DNA of 62,306 nt, filler included, from Sphacelaria rigidula (lineage: Eukaryota): NCBI GenBank assembly GCA_964200075.2. It is 3 parts of 3 records of this genome, joined end to end, with 100 filler letters (N's around TTAATTAATTAA, not from the genome) between each part and the next. Parts side by side here need not be neighbours in the genome. Positions count along the whole stretch, not along the records: positions 1 to 20,720 come from CAXNAA020000499.1; 2 more parts are not named here. One strand, 5' to 3'. A program made the translations under genes and the position numbers. Below, in pieces: positions 1 to 13,659 of this stretch. How positions within the stretch are numbered: the stretch's first letter is position 1; each line of letters begins with the position of its first letter. The notes under the pieces are model-generated. The model was not told where the DNA came from. It ran no database searches and worked only from the letters and a program-made list of their open reading frames with translations.

Positions 1-416
1 TAATCCTCCGGGTTCTCATCCTCAATCAAAAGCACCATCCTCAACATAGATGATTGGCTGTTTATTTGTGCGATCCGGTCGGATCGCAGAAATACAAACG
101 ATGTCCTCCCATGGGCACTTTGAATTGACTACCTCCGAAACCTCGGGTGACTATCCGATAAGTGGAGAAACAACGTTTTCAAAGAATCGTTTTTGCACTT
201 TCCAGTCCAAATTTTGACCTTGTCCACCGCCCCCCGAGAAATCCATCCTCCATTAGTAAAATCCCGTGTTTGTTCATCTGAAATTTGCTCTTTCGTTGGT
301 CACAGTACCTGCTGGACGTGCGGTCATGTGCACGGTGATCAGCTACCGCCGCCGTTTTCATACAATCGGCACGCGGGGTTACGAACATACAAACACATTC
401 TGCACCGTTTTTGCAG

Positions 417-649
417 GACCTCCCTGGCTGCGATTTCACCTTCAAAAACATCGACTGGAAGTACCATCTAAACGAAACGGCACGTATCATCCTGGATGAT
501 CGAGCCGTCAAGTGGTTCCCTGATTATGGCTGCGCCGTTCTTGCCATGCCGAGCTCGCCGGCGTCCGGCTCACCGCCGGATTGCCGAAAACTGTCAATCG
601 TGGGCCTTGACAAGTGGACCATGGACGCACACTGGATAAGATCCTCCAG
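417..649 (+). CDS. DUF3638-family gene exon
   Basis: ttttgcag|GAC acceptor and AG|gtatga donor; phase 2 matches the exon at 1466. Confidence 0.6.
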
Positions 650-1920
650 GTATGATGATACTTGCGTGCGGCTTCCGTGAGGCTGATGCGTGTGGTCAGA
701 AGTGCGTTGGCGAATTGGCATGAAAGTGATGCCGCGATAGCACCCTCCCCCAGAAAAATAGCTGGTTGAGGGCACAAGATCTGCATGTAAACCACAATGT
801 GGAAAGCTGAACAGACCTCCCATACCTGGGATCATCTTTGCCAGTGTCGGCCATATGAGGGGTGTCGTGAAGTCTGGAACCAGCTATTATTATGCGCTGT
901 ATGGCCACTTTCTTCGTCGCACAATTTTGGGGGCTGGTTTGGGGGGGTCTATTGCGGCATAACGCATGACAAGTTCTATCGTTTATGCACTCATTCATAG
1001 TGTTTCGCGTAGTTGCAGTATGTCAACTACCTCCCGAGTAATACTGTGATGGTGGGTTTTCAAGATCGCTTATTGATAACATCAAACTTTTGCACGCGCG
1101 AGTGCCAAGAGCATCGTGACTACTTCACTCAACCAGCCATAGGCAGCACAGCCACTGTCGGCGCCACTCCAAAAATGATAGGATATCGTGAAAAGCGCTC
1201 TGTACCCACTCTACGAGCTGCAGAACTTGCTTTGTCCATGGAAGAACGCGAGTCAAGACGTTCTACTCCATCACGATTCCCATGGTGTGTATAGATGCAA
1301 AAATAGGACATATCCAGAATTATTATCCAAATTGTGCTGTGCCTACGTCTTGGGAGAAACGTGGTTGGTTACAATTTATTCACTCGTGTATAATTTCCTG
1401 CGAGTTACGTTTCTCATCCCATCACTTGTTTGTTCCTTCCCCACTACGCATTCAATACACTGCAGTGGTGCGGGCCGTCTGCAATGCGGCTCTATTCCTG
1501 GCGACTCATCAATCGACTACTGTGGTATCGTCAAGGAGGAGCAATGGGATGAGCTGTACGGCAACCTTGTCGAAGCTTTGTACGGAGCATGCAAGAGGCG
1601 CGGTGACGAGCGCTCGGCGGCTTCCGGCAGGCAAGGTCTCCAGCACACTCCCGCGATGATCACTGCACTTATGTTTGATGCCATAGATAGACTCGGCGTC
1701 ACTGGACCGCAGGGGTCGCTATCAACTTCTCATATTTCACGGGGTGGATTCACCGACGTTGGCCTACACACCGGTGGGCGCCCCCGAGAAACGGCATGGT
1801 TCCTGGCTTGCGAGATGTTCAAGGTAGGATCGTTACCAGAAAGAATGACGTCATCGACTTCCCGGTTTCGATGCGATTCTCGAAGACATATGCGTGTGAA
1901 TTAGCGTGTTTGATTTTGTG

Positions 1921-2017
<97 letters not shown>

Positions 2018-5000
2018 TATTTGTGCGCAGTCGAGGGAGTGGGCTGGTAGTATAGTTCATATAGAGAGTTCCACCCACCACTCTAACGTGGCAGTATCTT
2101 GATGACCCGTGTGGTGGTGCCATTGTAGCACTGAAGAACACTTCAGGGAACCGTTGTTCCAGGATACACGAGGGCCCCGTGCATTATGGATCTGATTTGA
2201 CGCGAAACCGTAACCGTCCCGTGCGTACGCGCCTGCGCGCGTGTGCTGTGATTACGTGCTCGCGGGGAGCACCCGGCCAACTGCGAGCTCCACGATCCCC
2301 TTTAACCGAGCGTGGACCTTTACCGTTGACCAAGGCCTGGACCCTAAATCCCCACCCATGGGCCTCTGGTGTGCGTTGGCACAGTGTACATCTGGGTTGA
2401 GTGTGTTGACAGGGGTTACACGTTGCTGCCTGCGCTGTTGGGGTGTACACCTCGGCTGTGTGCCTCAGCAGTTTGCAGCGAGTACATGCAGGTTATATAC
2501 CAACATTATGGATGATAAAATGATTGAGTCGTAAACTCTCACTGCCACTGAGCTCCAGCACAAGCTTGACGGAAAGCTGCGTTCACAGGAGACGAGAGAC
2601 GGAAGAACTAGAGGCCAACGTTGAAACCGAACGCAGCAAGTAAACATGCTTTGAAATACTTCGAACGCTACGTTCAAGTGCGTCTCCAGATGTACGCCAT
2701 CTACAGGTTGTGTTGGGACCAGGAACTCTTATCTAACGAGTTCACGATTCGTGGTGATTCGGGGTCACACTCTTTGAACACGTGTTGGCATGTGAGAACT
2801 AAAATCCTTGAGTTTTTCCCGGGCCAAATGGACGAAATACTAACAGTCTTCTCATGGAAATTGTCATTGAAAACACGGCTAAAATCGACATATTTTTTGC
2901 TCTAGTGAAACCAAATCGCGTGAAATTTGACTCCGGCGGGGCACCTCCCGAAGACCCCTCTCACCAGCTGGGGGAGAGCGGTGATCATTTTTGCGCCGTG
3001 ACCAGAGGCAGCTTCGCCGCGGACCTAAAGACACTGGCAGGACTCAGTATACTGGCACTGCGAGCCAGTATCCAGCCCTAGGCATTCCCCTCTGAGACAT
3101 CCTACGATGGGGGGGATTTTGGAAATTTCTCCAAGAAAACAACAGTGGTTGGTCGAACGCGCTTGTTAACGATAAATAACACTCATACTGCTTGACACCG
3201 TTTTCACCCAAATACAAGCGTACCGTGAGCGTGGTAGGTCTGCTGATACACCCATGAGCCTTAATTTCGTGGAATCAAACACCACTCCTCTATCGAAGGA
3301 TCACTCCTATCGTCGCTTTGTACTATGGCGGTATCATGGATGCGTCACGGCAGTGCCACAGGGCTACCGTGAGACGGATACCCTACGGAAGTTATACTCG
3401 AGCACCATGACAGCACATGATGAAGCTAGATGCGAACAACCATGACACTACGCAATTATGTACTGCCATCACAGTGCCGTGATATTTTCGCTGTGCATCA
3501 TGATTATACCACGGCGGTGCCACGAACAGACGATCGTACCATGGGCGAAGTCGGCTAACATGCACTCATGGTAGGACTCGTCACTGCCAGCATGACAAGC
3601 CAAAATATGAGACAGGTGTTGTGCATACTAGAAGAAGGTCACGGGAAGTTTGCTCCCTACACACGATCCTGCAATAACTCAGCATCGTCCCTGACAGAAG
3701 GTTTAATCGAAGGACAGTGTGCCGTATATGTTGAGAGGGCGCCTCTAGCGATTGCGTCATGACGCATGAGTAGCATCCAGCTATTTGTCTTTCGTAGTGC
3801 CGGTTTGATAACAAGTGTCCAATATTCCCTGCGCTTCTCTACCGCAATCCGAGCCAGACGATTCTGAAATACCGCGGCGACGGTGATGACGGCCACGGCC
3901 ACGAAGCCTTGCGCACAGATGACCTGCAACTTCTGTTTCAGGTCGTCTTGTCGGATTTTCATCTTTGCCTGCTCGAGCGACGTCTTCTCGGCCAGACCAC
4001 GAGTACACCGGGTGACATCAATAAGGCAGTGCAGATGCTTCAGGCTACTGCGAAGTTCGGTGGGGAACTCGCTGATTGCGGCCACGATATGGAGAGGTTG
4101 GTCGAGCGGGCCAAGAAGGCCCGCCAATGCCTTGATGATTCCGCCTCGGAACTATCGGAGGCAGCTTCAGTCCAGTACGTGCTCCCCGATTCGGCCTCAT
4201 GTTTCGCGGCCTGCGGCGTTGGCAAGCTCAGGCTTCCGAACGTGATGTCTCCCGGATACGTGTCTCCCCGGATGAGAGACATGCGCTTCACGACGAATTT
4301 GTCGAGCTTCCCGAGTCCCACATGGGAGACCGGTTTGCTTACTCCTGACGGCGTTCGTGACATGATGACTTGGATTTCTCATGCTTCCGCGAGTCACGAC
4401 CATCTACGCATGGAGCTTACGCTAAGTGAGGTGGAACGACTATTCTTCATCACTGCAGAGTCGGGGTGCATCGAACGGACTGCCGCCAGTTGGAAGCAAC
4501 GCGACTTGACTATGATAGCCGGCCTTGTGGACCAGTACAAATGCGTACTTGACACGCTTCGGGGTACAGATGTTGGCAGTGTCACTTGCATGACCGTCGA
4601 ATTTCGTAGTCGGGAAGTTCTGGTTCGCTGGATTGCCTATGCCATTGTGTACGCAAGTGCTCGAGTTCATGGGCCCCGCACGATGGCTAGCTACGGGGTT
4701 AGTCTAGAGCCTAACGACCTCCGCCATCTCGTGCTGTCTGACAAGTTGGCTGTGAATGCCGCGCTAAACGTGGCAGACTTTTTACGCAAAAACACCCGTG
4801 AGGACAAGGCTATCTTCACACTTGCCGACGGCGGGAGAGCTACTTTCAGCTTCGCTGAAGAAGTGGCGCGGGGGAGCACTGTTCTTCAAAAGATTCACGC
4901 AGATGAAATGAAGGCCGCGGAACACCGCAAACATAGCCATTGGACTGAAGTACAGCGCAAACAGGCAGAGTGTTCAAAGCTAAGGATCGAAATAAGGCAT

Positions 5001-8000
5001 TTGAAAGAAACACTAGCATACCAGGAGAATGAATTGCTTCTTGCGACAGGCGCGAGAAGTAACGCGAGGAGGAAGAACGGCGGATGTTCGCGGTATTGTA
5101 CCTGCGTACGGTGCTCCGACGTCACGGGTGCCGAGAATGCGTGCTTGTCGACGAAGAGAATCATCTCAAGCAAGCAGGCTAAGCTAAAAGAGGCAGAACA
5201 TATAAACGCTGTGGTACAGCCCGTGCCCGAAGACGAGTCGAAGGCGCTTCAAGTGCTATTTTTCCTCCACATGCCGGAAACGTTTCGTATCTTGTCGAAG
5301 TTGAGTTTTCAGGCGCAGCAGGCACTCCTTCCATGCAAGTGGGATGACGTCTTGAGGAAGGCCATCGGCGAGCCGAAAACGCAGGGGTCTTGGGCATCAT
5401 ACTACAATGACCACCAACTTTCAGGCTTCAACGGGCAGGCACCCGTTCAGCGGGGGCAGAGCGGAGATGTGGAGCTAAGATACGTTGGTTCCGTAGTAAG
5501 GCCGGAGACACGGGTAGACGCGTGCGGGACTCCCGCGCATGGTGTTTGGTATCCTGATGGACTAGCACCGGGCTGCATGCGATGGAAGGGTGGTAGTGTT
5601 GCGACCGACAACCGGGGTCACTACTTCAACCCATTCTCATCGCGGGTGCAGACGAAGTGGATCGTCGAGGAATTTACTGAACAGCTTCCGACGGAGGACC
5701 GGGGATCTCTTCAAAAGTACATGCCGCAGCATGGTTTCCACCAGACCAGCCGCGACCGGGGGAATCTGGCTATTGCGGACCAGGGTGCGGCACCGGGCTG
5801 GTTGGGCAAGCGAGAATATTTGGTATTCGGGGCACTGCGAGCATACCCCTTACAGCAGTGGCGCAAACTGACATTGGCGCTACGAGATCGCACGCTACCC
5901 CTCGATCAACCGGCCGTACGGACACTGGTGCGCCAAGCCCTCTTCCATGTCGGAGACATGTCTAGCAGCGTGCCGCCACGGTTGCTATGGCGTGGAAAAG
6001 AGACTGAGATATTTTCAGCGTTGTTCGCCGAGCTAAAGGTGAGAACACGAAACTTACTCAACGTAATAGATGTGGGAACATAAGGAATCATGTTTATGCC
6101 CAGCAGGCGCAATGCGCATTGTTGCATGTTGTGATGTCGGGCACACCGAGTGCACGTGAAAACCATCGCCAGGTGGCGTGTGGTGCAAATATTGAGCCAA
6201 GGGTGTCCGTAAACTGTCAACCAAACTATATCACAGAGATACGTGGCCTATGATATTAGCTCAGGGGGGGGGGGGGGGGCGTACTAATTCGTTGCTTGCC
6301 TTCGTCGCTTGACCTTTGACCATTCACCCCTTTCGAGACGGAGCACCGTTTTGACTCCTAATAGATGAACCTCCAAAATTAGGGTGCGCATTACGTTTCT
6401 TCCATACACTACACAAAACTATTACATATCTTATCCCCGACCTGTTTCGCCGTCTGTGGCCACCATCTATCTCCTAGTATAGCCATTGCCTTCTGGCTGC
6501 TGTCTAGTGCATCAAGCGGTTTAATACCACCCTCGTTCACGTCCCGCATTTCCCCCTCTAGCACGTCCCGTTCCTTCTTGTATAGTTCACATTCTGCAAT
6601 TATATGACGTTTGCTCTCTTTTGCTTTGCAGCAGGGACAATTGTGTGCATCTGTTTCCTCCTCCTCTCGACTACTGGTATATCTCTTTCTTCTCTCTGGG
6701 AGGTCCAGATCCCCCACTCGAAATTGCAGTTTCAATTGTTTCGCCGCATCCATCGGGCCATGCAGATACGTTTTCATCCCGATCCCCTCTCTCAACTCCC
6801 TGTATATCTTTAGGTGCTCTTCGTCGTCTACTTTGCGTCTCAGCGCTTCTTTCTCCTTCCTTTCTACCATGTCTCTTACTGTTGTCTTGTGCCCCGTGCC
6901 TTCACCTATGGACAGTATTTCGTCTTGGTTTCCCCCCATAATTTCTGGATTTATCTATCCCACCGTATTCCAGCCTGCCCTTTTGTAATTTTCTCTCATA
7001 CGGCCTATTCAACTATGACTATCAACCATGACTGGCAATCTCTTCCTCTGCATGTTGTTCAAGCTCCATCGCCATCTCAATTCTCTCATGTCTTTGTTTG
7101 AAGTGGATACATTTCCAACTCTGTTCTCAAAGCTGTATTACTCGTCGTTTTCGAGCGCCCAAGTATATTTTTCAGCCGCTGCCATTTGCACTGTTTCCAA
7201 CTTCTTCGCCAACTTCGCGCTCCCCTCCCATACGTCTCCTGCATATTCCAGCGTTTTGGTACAATGTAGGATACATATCTTAATCCTAGTATCTAGGTGC
7301 GAGTCCCTGAGGATTGCGTCTATCCCTCTTCTCCCCACTTCTATTTTTGAGCTCTGCCACATTGTTTTTATCCTCGTTACATACAAGTACAGCGTATTTG
7401 TTGACGTTCGCTGGCACTCTCCATTCCGTAGTGTATTCCACCGCCTTTTCATCTTCTTCTGTAATCCTTGCGGTATTTCTGATATTCTCACGAGATCATC
7501 CGTGAACATCAACCCCGAGGCCATATCTTCCCCCACCTTGACTCCTTACTCCGCATTTGCATAGCTCGGGGGAGAGGGGAGGGGAGGCTACTTTGAGGTT
7601 ATGTTGTCGGTAGAATTCACTTTCACATGACCAGTGTTACACGTCGGAAGGGCACGCATCCATGTCACAAATTGTAAGAAGATACTTGCGCAATATTTCA
7701 TTTTTGTCGTCCGGTTCAGAGATGGTTATATAAGAGTCTCTCCCGATTCATACGGGAGCCTTGCATCATCGTGCAAGCTTCATCTGGAATTTATACAAAT
7801 CAGCTCGGGACATCCACCGAGAACTCCATGTCCGTCTGGTGGGACGTTCAAACCTCCCACGTGCGAACGCCCATATGGAACATGGATACCCTCTAGGATA
7901 TAATTTTGGCATCTAATTTCATTTCGAACATCCATGAAAAGGATAGACCTCCATGTGGGATATATTTGGAACCTTCATCAAGGATTTTGATGCCAATCTG

Positions 8001-11000
8001 GCATGACCATTTGGGATGTCTACCTGGGATTCCCAGGATTTGCTCATAATACTCACCCGGGATGTCCATCAAGAAAATTGATATATTTCCGGCAACTCCA
8101 TCCATGACCTCCATCGGGACGTTGACGTCCGTTCCAGATGCCGACCTGGACCTTGGATGTCCAGAACGGCATCTGATTGGGAGGTGGATGTCCACCTTGA
8201 GTTTTCCAACTTGCTTCGACCAGTTTCCCTTGTCAGCGATGTTTTCTGAAGTCAGGTTCCCGCTAGTTCAAAATCAAACCTCCTTGCCAAACCCAACCTT
8301 AACCCCAACAGTAGCCGTTCAACCCTGAACTTGGAAACCCGCGGAAATATTCTGCGCTGTTGACCATATTGATATATTTTTTATATATACAAGGTTCCCT
8401 CTCGGGAGGATGGTACGGGCCTCCCGGGGGTGACGCAAGTCGAAAATATATGGTTAAGAAAGGCTGTTGTATCTCGATGTACAGTAGCGATTGTGGCTGT
8501 ACAAAACATCGCGCGCGTTATCGGATGTCATTCGGAAATATAAAATATGAGAATTTGGACGGAGGCCGACGGTGGAACCGCCGGCGTAGGACATGTGTAG
8601 TATTTCAGAGGTGCCAGAGTGCGACATAGCTCTCGTGCCACAAAGACATGACAGCGGGAGACACTTCCCGAAACTTTGGAATGCGTGGAACATTCTGGGC
8701 ATGTTCTTCGTATATCACTGTGGCTTCCACATCACCGGGCCTTTTTTCAAAACAGGGTGATTGTTTTTCGCGGCAAAACGTTCCTGTGCTGCCGTGGTGC
8801 TGTACCTTGTTCAACCCGCCAATGGTCCATTGCACGACCTAGTCTTTGCTGCAGACCAAGGCCACCGCAATGTTCGATTGTTTTACTCTGCTTTGCTCTC
8901 ATGTTCTCGTGACATTGACGGCATAACCGGTGTGTTCGTGCTCCCAAATGAACAAGAACGCGACGAAGAGAAACACGGAGAAGCAATACCCCGCCAAAAG
9001 CATTCCTGTTTGAATTCTTCCATGATCTTTAACAGGCTTTTGTGTCTTGTTTCAAGTTTTCCATTATCTTGAAAAGGCTTTTGTGGTTCGGGATCGACAC
9101 CCGGCGGAAAAAGGCCGGTTTTAGCGACTTTTGGTGGCCAGAACACGCTGCACAGGTATCAGATGACGCTCAAACCTAAACGGTAATGTCCCGCTAAGCC
9201 TTTTCAGTGAGCTACAAAAGAAAACGCGGGGAAAAATGCCTTGTCGCCAGAGAAAACTCAGCAAAAGTGGTGAAAAATGTGGAATGATACATGTACATAT
9301 ACAGGGGATGGTGTGCGCTGGTGGCGCGCCGTGCTTTGTGTGTGCTGACAGAGCATACATGTGAACTACTACTGTGCGCTGCGGTTGTGCAGTAGAGCGT
9401 ATGCTGCTACGATAAATATCCTGGCTAGCTTCTGGCACATACGTGATAGTTTACGCAATCTGATAATACATCGTGCTGACACAAGGTAGACGTCGCAGGT
9501 GGACATTTCAGGTTCATGTGAGGTCTCAGATGGATACACCATATATACGTGTGTATATCGAATGAAATTCGCACGATAATGCACGATTATGCCCGATGTC
9601 GCACCGGTCGGGGTAGGCGTCCCGAACGGAGTCGCCATGCGAAACGCGTCATCTCAATGCAGTACTTCTCGCCGTTCCGGAACAGTGTGTACTATTCCAG
9701 TAAAGACAAGTGAGCGTTCATCAACTCTTTCTCGAGCTTTGCTTTCACACGGTTCGGGAAAATTATGTTTGTACTTGGGATATTTTGCTCAGGTGTAGCA
9801 GTTTTCATTTCACCAGCGGAACCATTCGTACCTTACTCGATCCAAAGATGGACAAGTAAGTTTTTCAAATATACCGTCCGGCTGAAAATTGGTCGTGTGA
9901 GAGTTGTGCCCAGTTCAAAGGCAGTTGTGGGAGAGCTCCACTTTTCTCGTGTGGTTCGATTATGTCCATATGAGAGTTGTTGTGCTCAGGTCAAAGATGA
10001 TACTGTAAGAGTCCGCCTTGCGCTTGAAAGTCCTTTGTGAAATTTCTGACAAGCGCGACGTACCACCTCTGCATGCAGGTTCGCATCGAGGAAATGGAGC
10101 ATACTCCCCGGGACTACCGAGCCCTCCAACTTCTCGTGGATATCGCGACTTACGTGGGGGAGTGGCACGGCGAGTGCCGGTCGCTCGTTCGGTCGTACTT
10201 GGCTCAGATTCCCCGGAAATGGGCCGCGGACGTTGCGCACCAACTTGACGACGCAGCGGCAGGTCGAGCTGAGGGCAAGGTGGTGTCTTCGCTGAAGGCT
10301 AAACAGTGCGTGTATTACATGTATGGTGTTCTGTGTTTCGGTGGGAGCAGTGCTCTCGATGCGGCAGACATTGCCAGCCTGTGCGAGCTGCAGATTCTGG
10401 CGCACAACCGACGTATTTTTTCTGACGACGAGATTCTCGACAGCGAGAGCGCTGCGCTGCGCAGTCGATGTCTGCGGGTGATGGCTGGGCGAGGTGCTGA
10501 AATCGCAGAGCACTCGACGGTAGACCCTAGTTTCATCACCACTGCCGTAGGGCTTGTGCTGGATGAGGCTAAGGAAGCTGACTTGTCGTGGAGGGTGGTG
10601 GCCGATACAACGGCCTGTTTCGTCGCGGAGTCAGGCGGTCATGTTTTCAGTACTAACTTGTTGACCGGTGAGGTGCTGTATGACGGTGCGCCACCAACTC
10701 TGTTACCGGAGTACATCATGCAGCACCCGCTGTACCAGCGAACGTTCGGGAAAAACACCTTTGAGGTGACTAGTGCGTCTGATGGCGTATTTTCGACAGC
10801 CAGGGCTGTTGATGACGTGTGCTACACATTTTCCATGGAGAAAGTGGGTGCCAAGCTGGTGGTGATCGAGACTGAGGACAACGTGCGCTTGGAGCTGCTG
10901 TCACACGACGGTGAATGGGGAAAAGAACTTCCGGTAAGGATGAGGACGATGCATAGTCACTGGCTCTGTCGCGAGCGAAATGTAATTGCCATGCGGTCTC

Positions 11001-13659
11001 GAGACTTCAGGCAGCGCGAGGTGTACTTCATGGTGAGATGTGGTGGGTCTACGCGTCTGGCTAGCTGTTTTCGCGTGCCCCACCACCTTCGGGCGCGGAG
11101 GTGGGTAGACGTGCTCGGTGAGGCTCAGAGTGGTGGTGGTGACCCGAGCCTGAAGGAGGAACTGGTCCTGATGGACCGGGAACACAGGGTCATGTCGGTG
11201 CTCGCGAAATTCGAGCCTCGCGCTACTGGCCCATCTGCCCTGATACATGCATTTCGGCAGCCGGATGGAGCGCTGAAGATCGAGCTTCCTCGGTTTGGAC
11301 TTGAGTTCTCCATCGATTCCATCTCATCTAGCAAGCAGGAAAACGACACCGAGACTGGAATAAAGTGCCTCAACTACCGCGGGTGTCACTTGGCTTGCGC
11401 TCAGCAACTGTCGCATACGTTGGCGGGTTTGACGCGCTACCTCGTTCTTACGCCAGAAACTGACGGCGAAGCGACGAGGGTAATCGTACCGCGGGGAGAT
11501 GTGGTCGTGAGGGACAATGTGGTGCGGGTTGAATGTATAGACGAGACGAGGGAAGATGCACAACTATCCACGCACTGTTACGAGCTGCATCTGCGCTGGA
11601 ATGAACTCGATGCCGGCAATATTTCGGCTCGTCTTCAGCTGGCTGCAATGTATGCCGCAACTGGAACCCTACTGCCCGACGTTCGAGTTGGCATGGCCGG
11701 TTCAGAGAAAGCAATAGAGCTCGTTCGCCGGTGCTTCGTGAATCGTCCTCTGTCCGACGGGGACCAAAGCCAACTTCTGAGGATAGCTGAGCTGTCAGGC
11801 TGGAATCCGGCACTCGCCCTCGTCTGCGGCGATTTGATGAGGAGTAGCGAAGATCTGCATTTCCTTCATTCTCCGGAGTTGAAACCGAAGGTGTGTGATG
11901 GGGTGCAGTGGACCAGCATTCTGAGAGATGCGTCCACTGCCTATGAGAGTGAGTGTGCGAGTCTCGATTGGAATCAAAGGCGACGACTAACACCCGCCGA
12001 GGAAATGCGGGTGTTTGGTCGCCGACCCCGAGGAGCGCGAGCGACTTCGGGTGTAACTCGTGCCCTTCCCCCTTTCGGCTCCGTCAACTTGCCGAATCCT
12101 CCAGTACACGTACAGCAGGTAAAAGCATCAGAAGACAAGTTGTGGACAATAAGGGACGACATGATGTCGACGGTGGCATCGAAATGCGAGTATGGTAATC
12201 AAACGCCTGCCGACGATCAGGCCTTGCATCCGTACCCGCTTTCTATCCCGAGTGATGCGGATGCTTTGACCAGAGAAATGCACGCCGAACTCGGGCAAAG
12301 CTGGAGTGCACACCATTCATCGAAACTTGCCCAGGGCATCGTTGATCCCATCGAGCTGAAGAAGCTCCAGTATAAGTTCGCGACTAAACGTAAGGATGTG
12401 ATGCGGATGCGGACGGACTTGGAGACGTTCTTGCTCACGAGTCTCGCAACCTTTGGGGGCGATTGGCATGCGGTCTCATGCCAACTGCAGCGCGAATCCA
12501 CAATGCTACCGATTGCATCGCTTGCAGACATCCCTCCTATGCTATGGGAGAAGGGGCTCGTCACAAATTTCAACCCGTTCTTATCAAAGGCTGCAACGGC
12601 AGTTCTGGAGGAAGCAATCATGTCTTGGTTGAGATTGTGTGTACTCGAGGATAAGCTGAAGAGGCTCGGAAGATGGACCAAGTCTACAGCATCGCATGCG
12701 CTACTGTGGCAAGAGATGCAGGTAGAACCGATATCATCATGTGTACTCGAGGCATCGAAGTGCTATCGGCGTTGGCATAATACAACTTTAGATATGTCAT
12801 CATCAGTTTTCAAGTGTCGGCCGTTGCTGACGTATAGTTAACTCAGCGATGAAGTAGCGAGAAGAGAAATCTAATTCACGACAAATCCAGCTTGCCGGGA
12901 GTATACCGTTGTGTCCCGTCGTAGGTTGGCATATTGCTTTGTTCAAACCGTCAACTAAACTACTCCGAATGGTTACATCCTATTCCCTGCACGTCAGGTG
13001 AAGAGGATATGGGATCCAAAGGATTATCCACGGTGGCTGGCATTTGAGGTCGACGGAGGACTGCAGGTCCGACCCGCCCAAGTCGAGGTGGCACTGCACA
13101 TGATCAATAATCCGGGCGATATCGTGCAGCTCAATATGGGCGAGGGCAAGACGCGGGTGATTGTGCCGCTGCTACTGCTACATTGGGTAGAGACTTCTCG
13201 CCAGGATGCTGTTGTTGTGCGCCTACATTTTCTATCTGCGCTCATTGACGAGGCGTTCTGCTTCCTGCACAAGACCTTGACCGGCAGTCCGCTCGGGCGC
13301 CCGCTGTTCGTCATGCCGTTTCACCGGGACGTGCAGCTCACGCTAGAGAATGCCCGATCCATGCGCGGATGCCTTGAGCGCTGCCGTGAAGAGGGTGGCG
13401 CCCTATTGGTGGCCCCCGAGCACAGGCACTCCTTGTATCTGAAGGCCCTCGAGCTGCGAAGTACCGATTTGGCGACTAGCGAGGAAATCAAGCGGATTGC
13501 GGCGATGTCCTATGCAGACGTGCTGGACGAGAGCGACGAGCTGCTACACCATCGCAACCAGCTGATATATGCCGTGGGTGGTCTGCAGAAACTACCGGCG
13601 CAGGCGGAACGTGTGCACGCTGCGCAGGCATTGCTACGAGTGGTGAAGAACCGCGAAAG
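417..13659 (+). CDS. Multi-exon giant DUF3638-family protein (P-loop/SF2 helicase-like module), 5' and 3' partial; about 2025 codons in five exons
   Basis: Exons 417-649, 1466-1823, 3858-6038, 10079-12721 and 12998-13659 have AG/GT borders and join in phase (2,0,0,0). Motifs: LRAYPLQQWRKL, HWLCRE, LPRFGLEF, RLQLAAMYAATG, WLAFEVDGGLQVRPAQ, QLNMGEGKT, LFVMPFHRD, DESDELL. Confidence 0.85.
724..963. mobile_element. MITE, about 240 bp, 6-bp TSD family (intronic)
   Basis: Imperfect TIRs ATGCCGCGATAGC / TCTATTGCGGCAT; exact GCATGA direct repeat at 718-723 and 964-969. Confidence 0.65.
1466..1823 (+). CDS. DUF3638-family gene exon
   Basis: ctgcag| acceptor and AAG|gtagga donor; encodes DVGLHTGGRPRETAW. 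Confidence 0.75.
1921..2016. repeat. (AGT)n microsatellite
   Basis: About 32 units with one GGT interruption. Confidence 0.97.
3858..6038 (+). CDS. DUF3638-family gene exon (2.18 kb)
   Basis: The frame of ORF 3909-6083 is open upstream to gagccag|ACG at 3858 (alternative acceptor at 3942); donor AAG|gtgaga. Confidence 0.85.
6300..7560 (-). mobile_element. 5'-truncated, decayed non-LTR retrotransposon (RT C-terminal part plus CCHC knuckle), intronic
   Basis: GLMFTDDL (F/YADD-like), LEYAGDVWEG, GMKTYLHG, CPCCKAKESKRHIIAEC; frameshifts between ORFs. Confidence 0.8.
7745..8330. repeat. Degenerate CCCAT/ATGGGA-rich dispersed repeat ending in a telomere-like tract
   Basis: Recurrent catctgga/gggatgtcc motifs, similar to 14735-14900; CCAAACCCAACCTTAACCCCAAC near 8290. 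Confidence 0.45.
8390..9298 (-). mobile_element. Non-autonomous dispersed element with terminal hairpin (Helitron-like)
   Basis: Both ends recur, joined, at 21024-21200; hairpin CGGGAGG...CCTCCCG lies just before a CTTG end on the minus strand. Confidence 0.5.
10079..12721 (+). CDS. DUF3638-family gene exon (2.64 kb)
   Basis: Within ORF 10037-12841; catgcag|GTT acceptor, CAG|gtagaa donor, phase 0 at both ends. Confidence 0.88.
12998..13659 (+). CDS. DUF3638 domain exon (Walker A MGEGKT, Walker B DESD)
   Basis: cgtcag|GTG acceptor, AG|gtcagt donor; hallmark DUF3638 motifs. Confidence 0.9.

Noticed and set aside
1851-2141. Poly-Leu ORF
   Set aside because: Translation of the (AGT)n microsatellite in an intron.
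3325-3570. CACGGCAGTGCCAC-like repeats
   Set aside because: Too degenerate to define a unit or boundaries.
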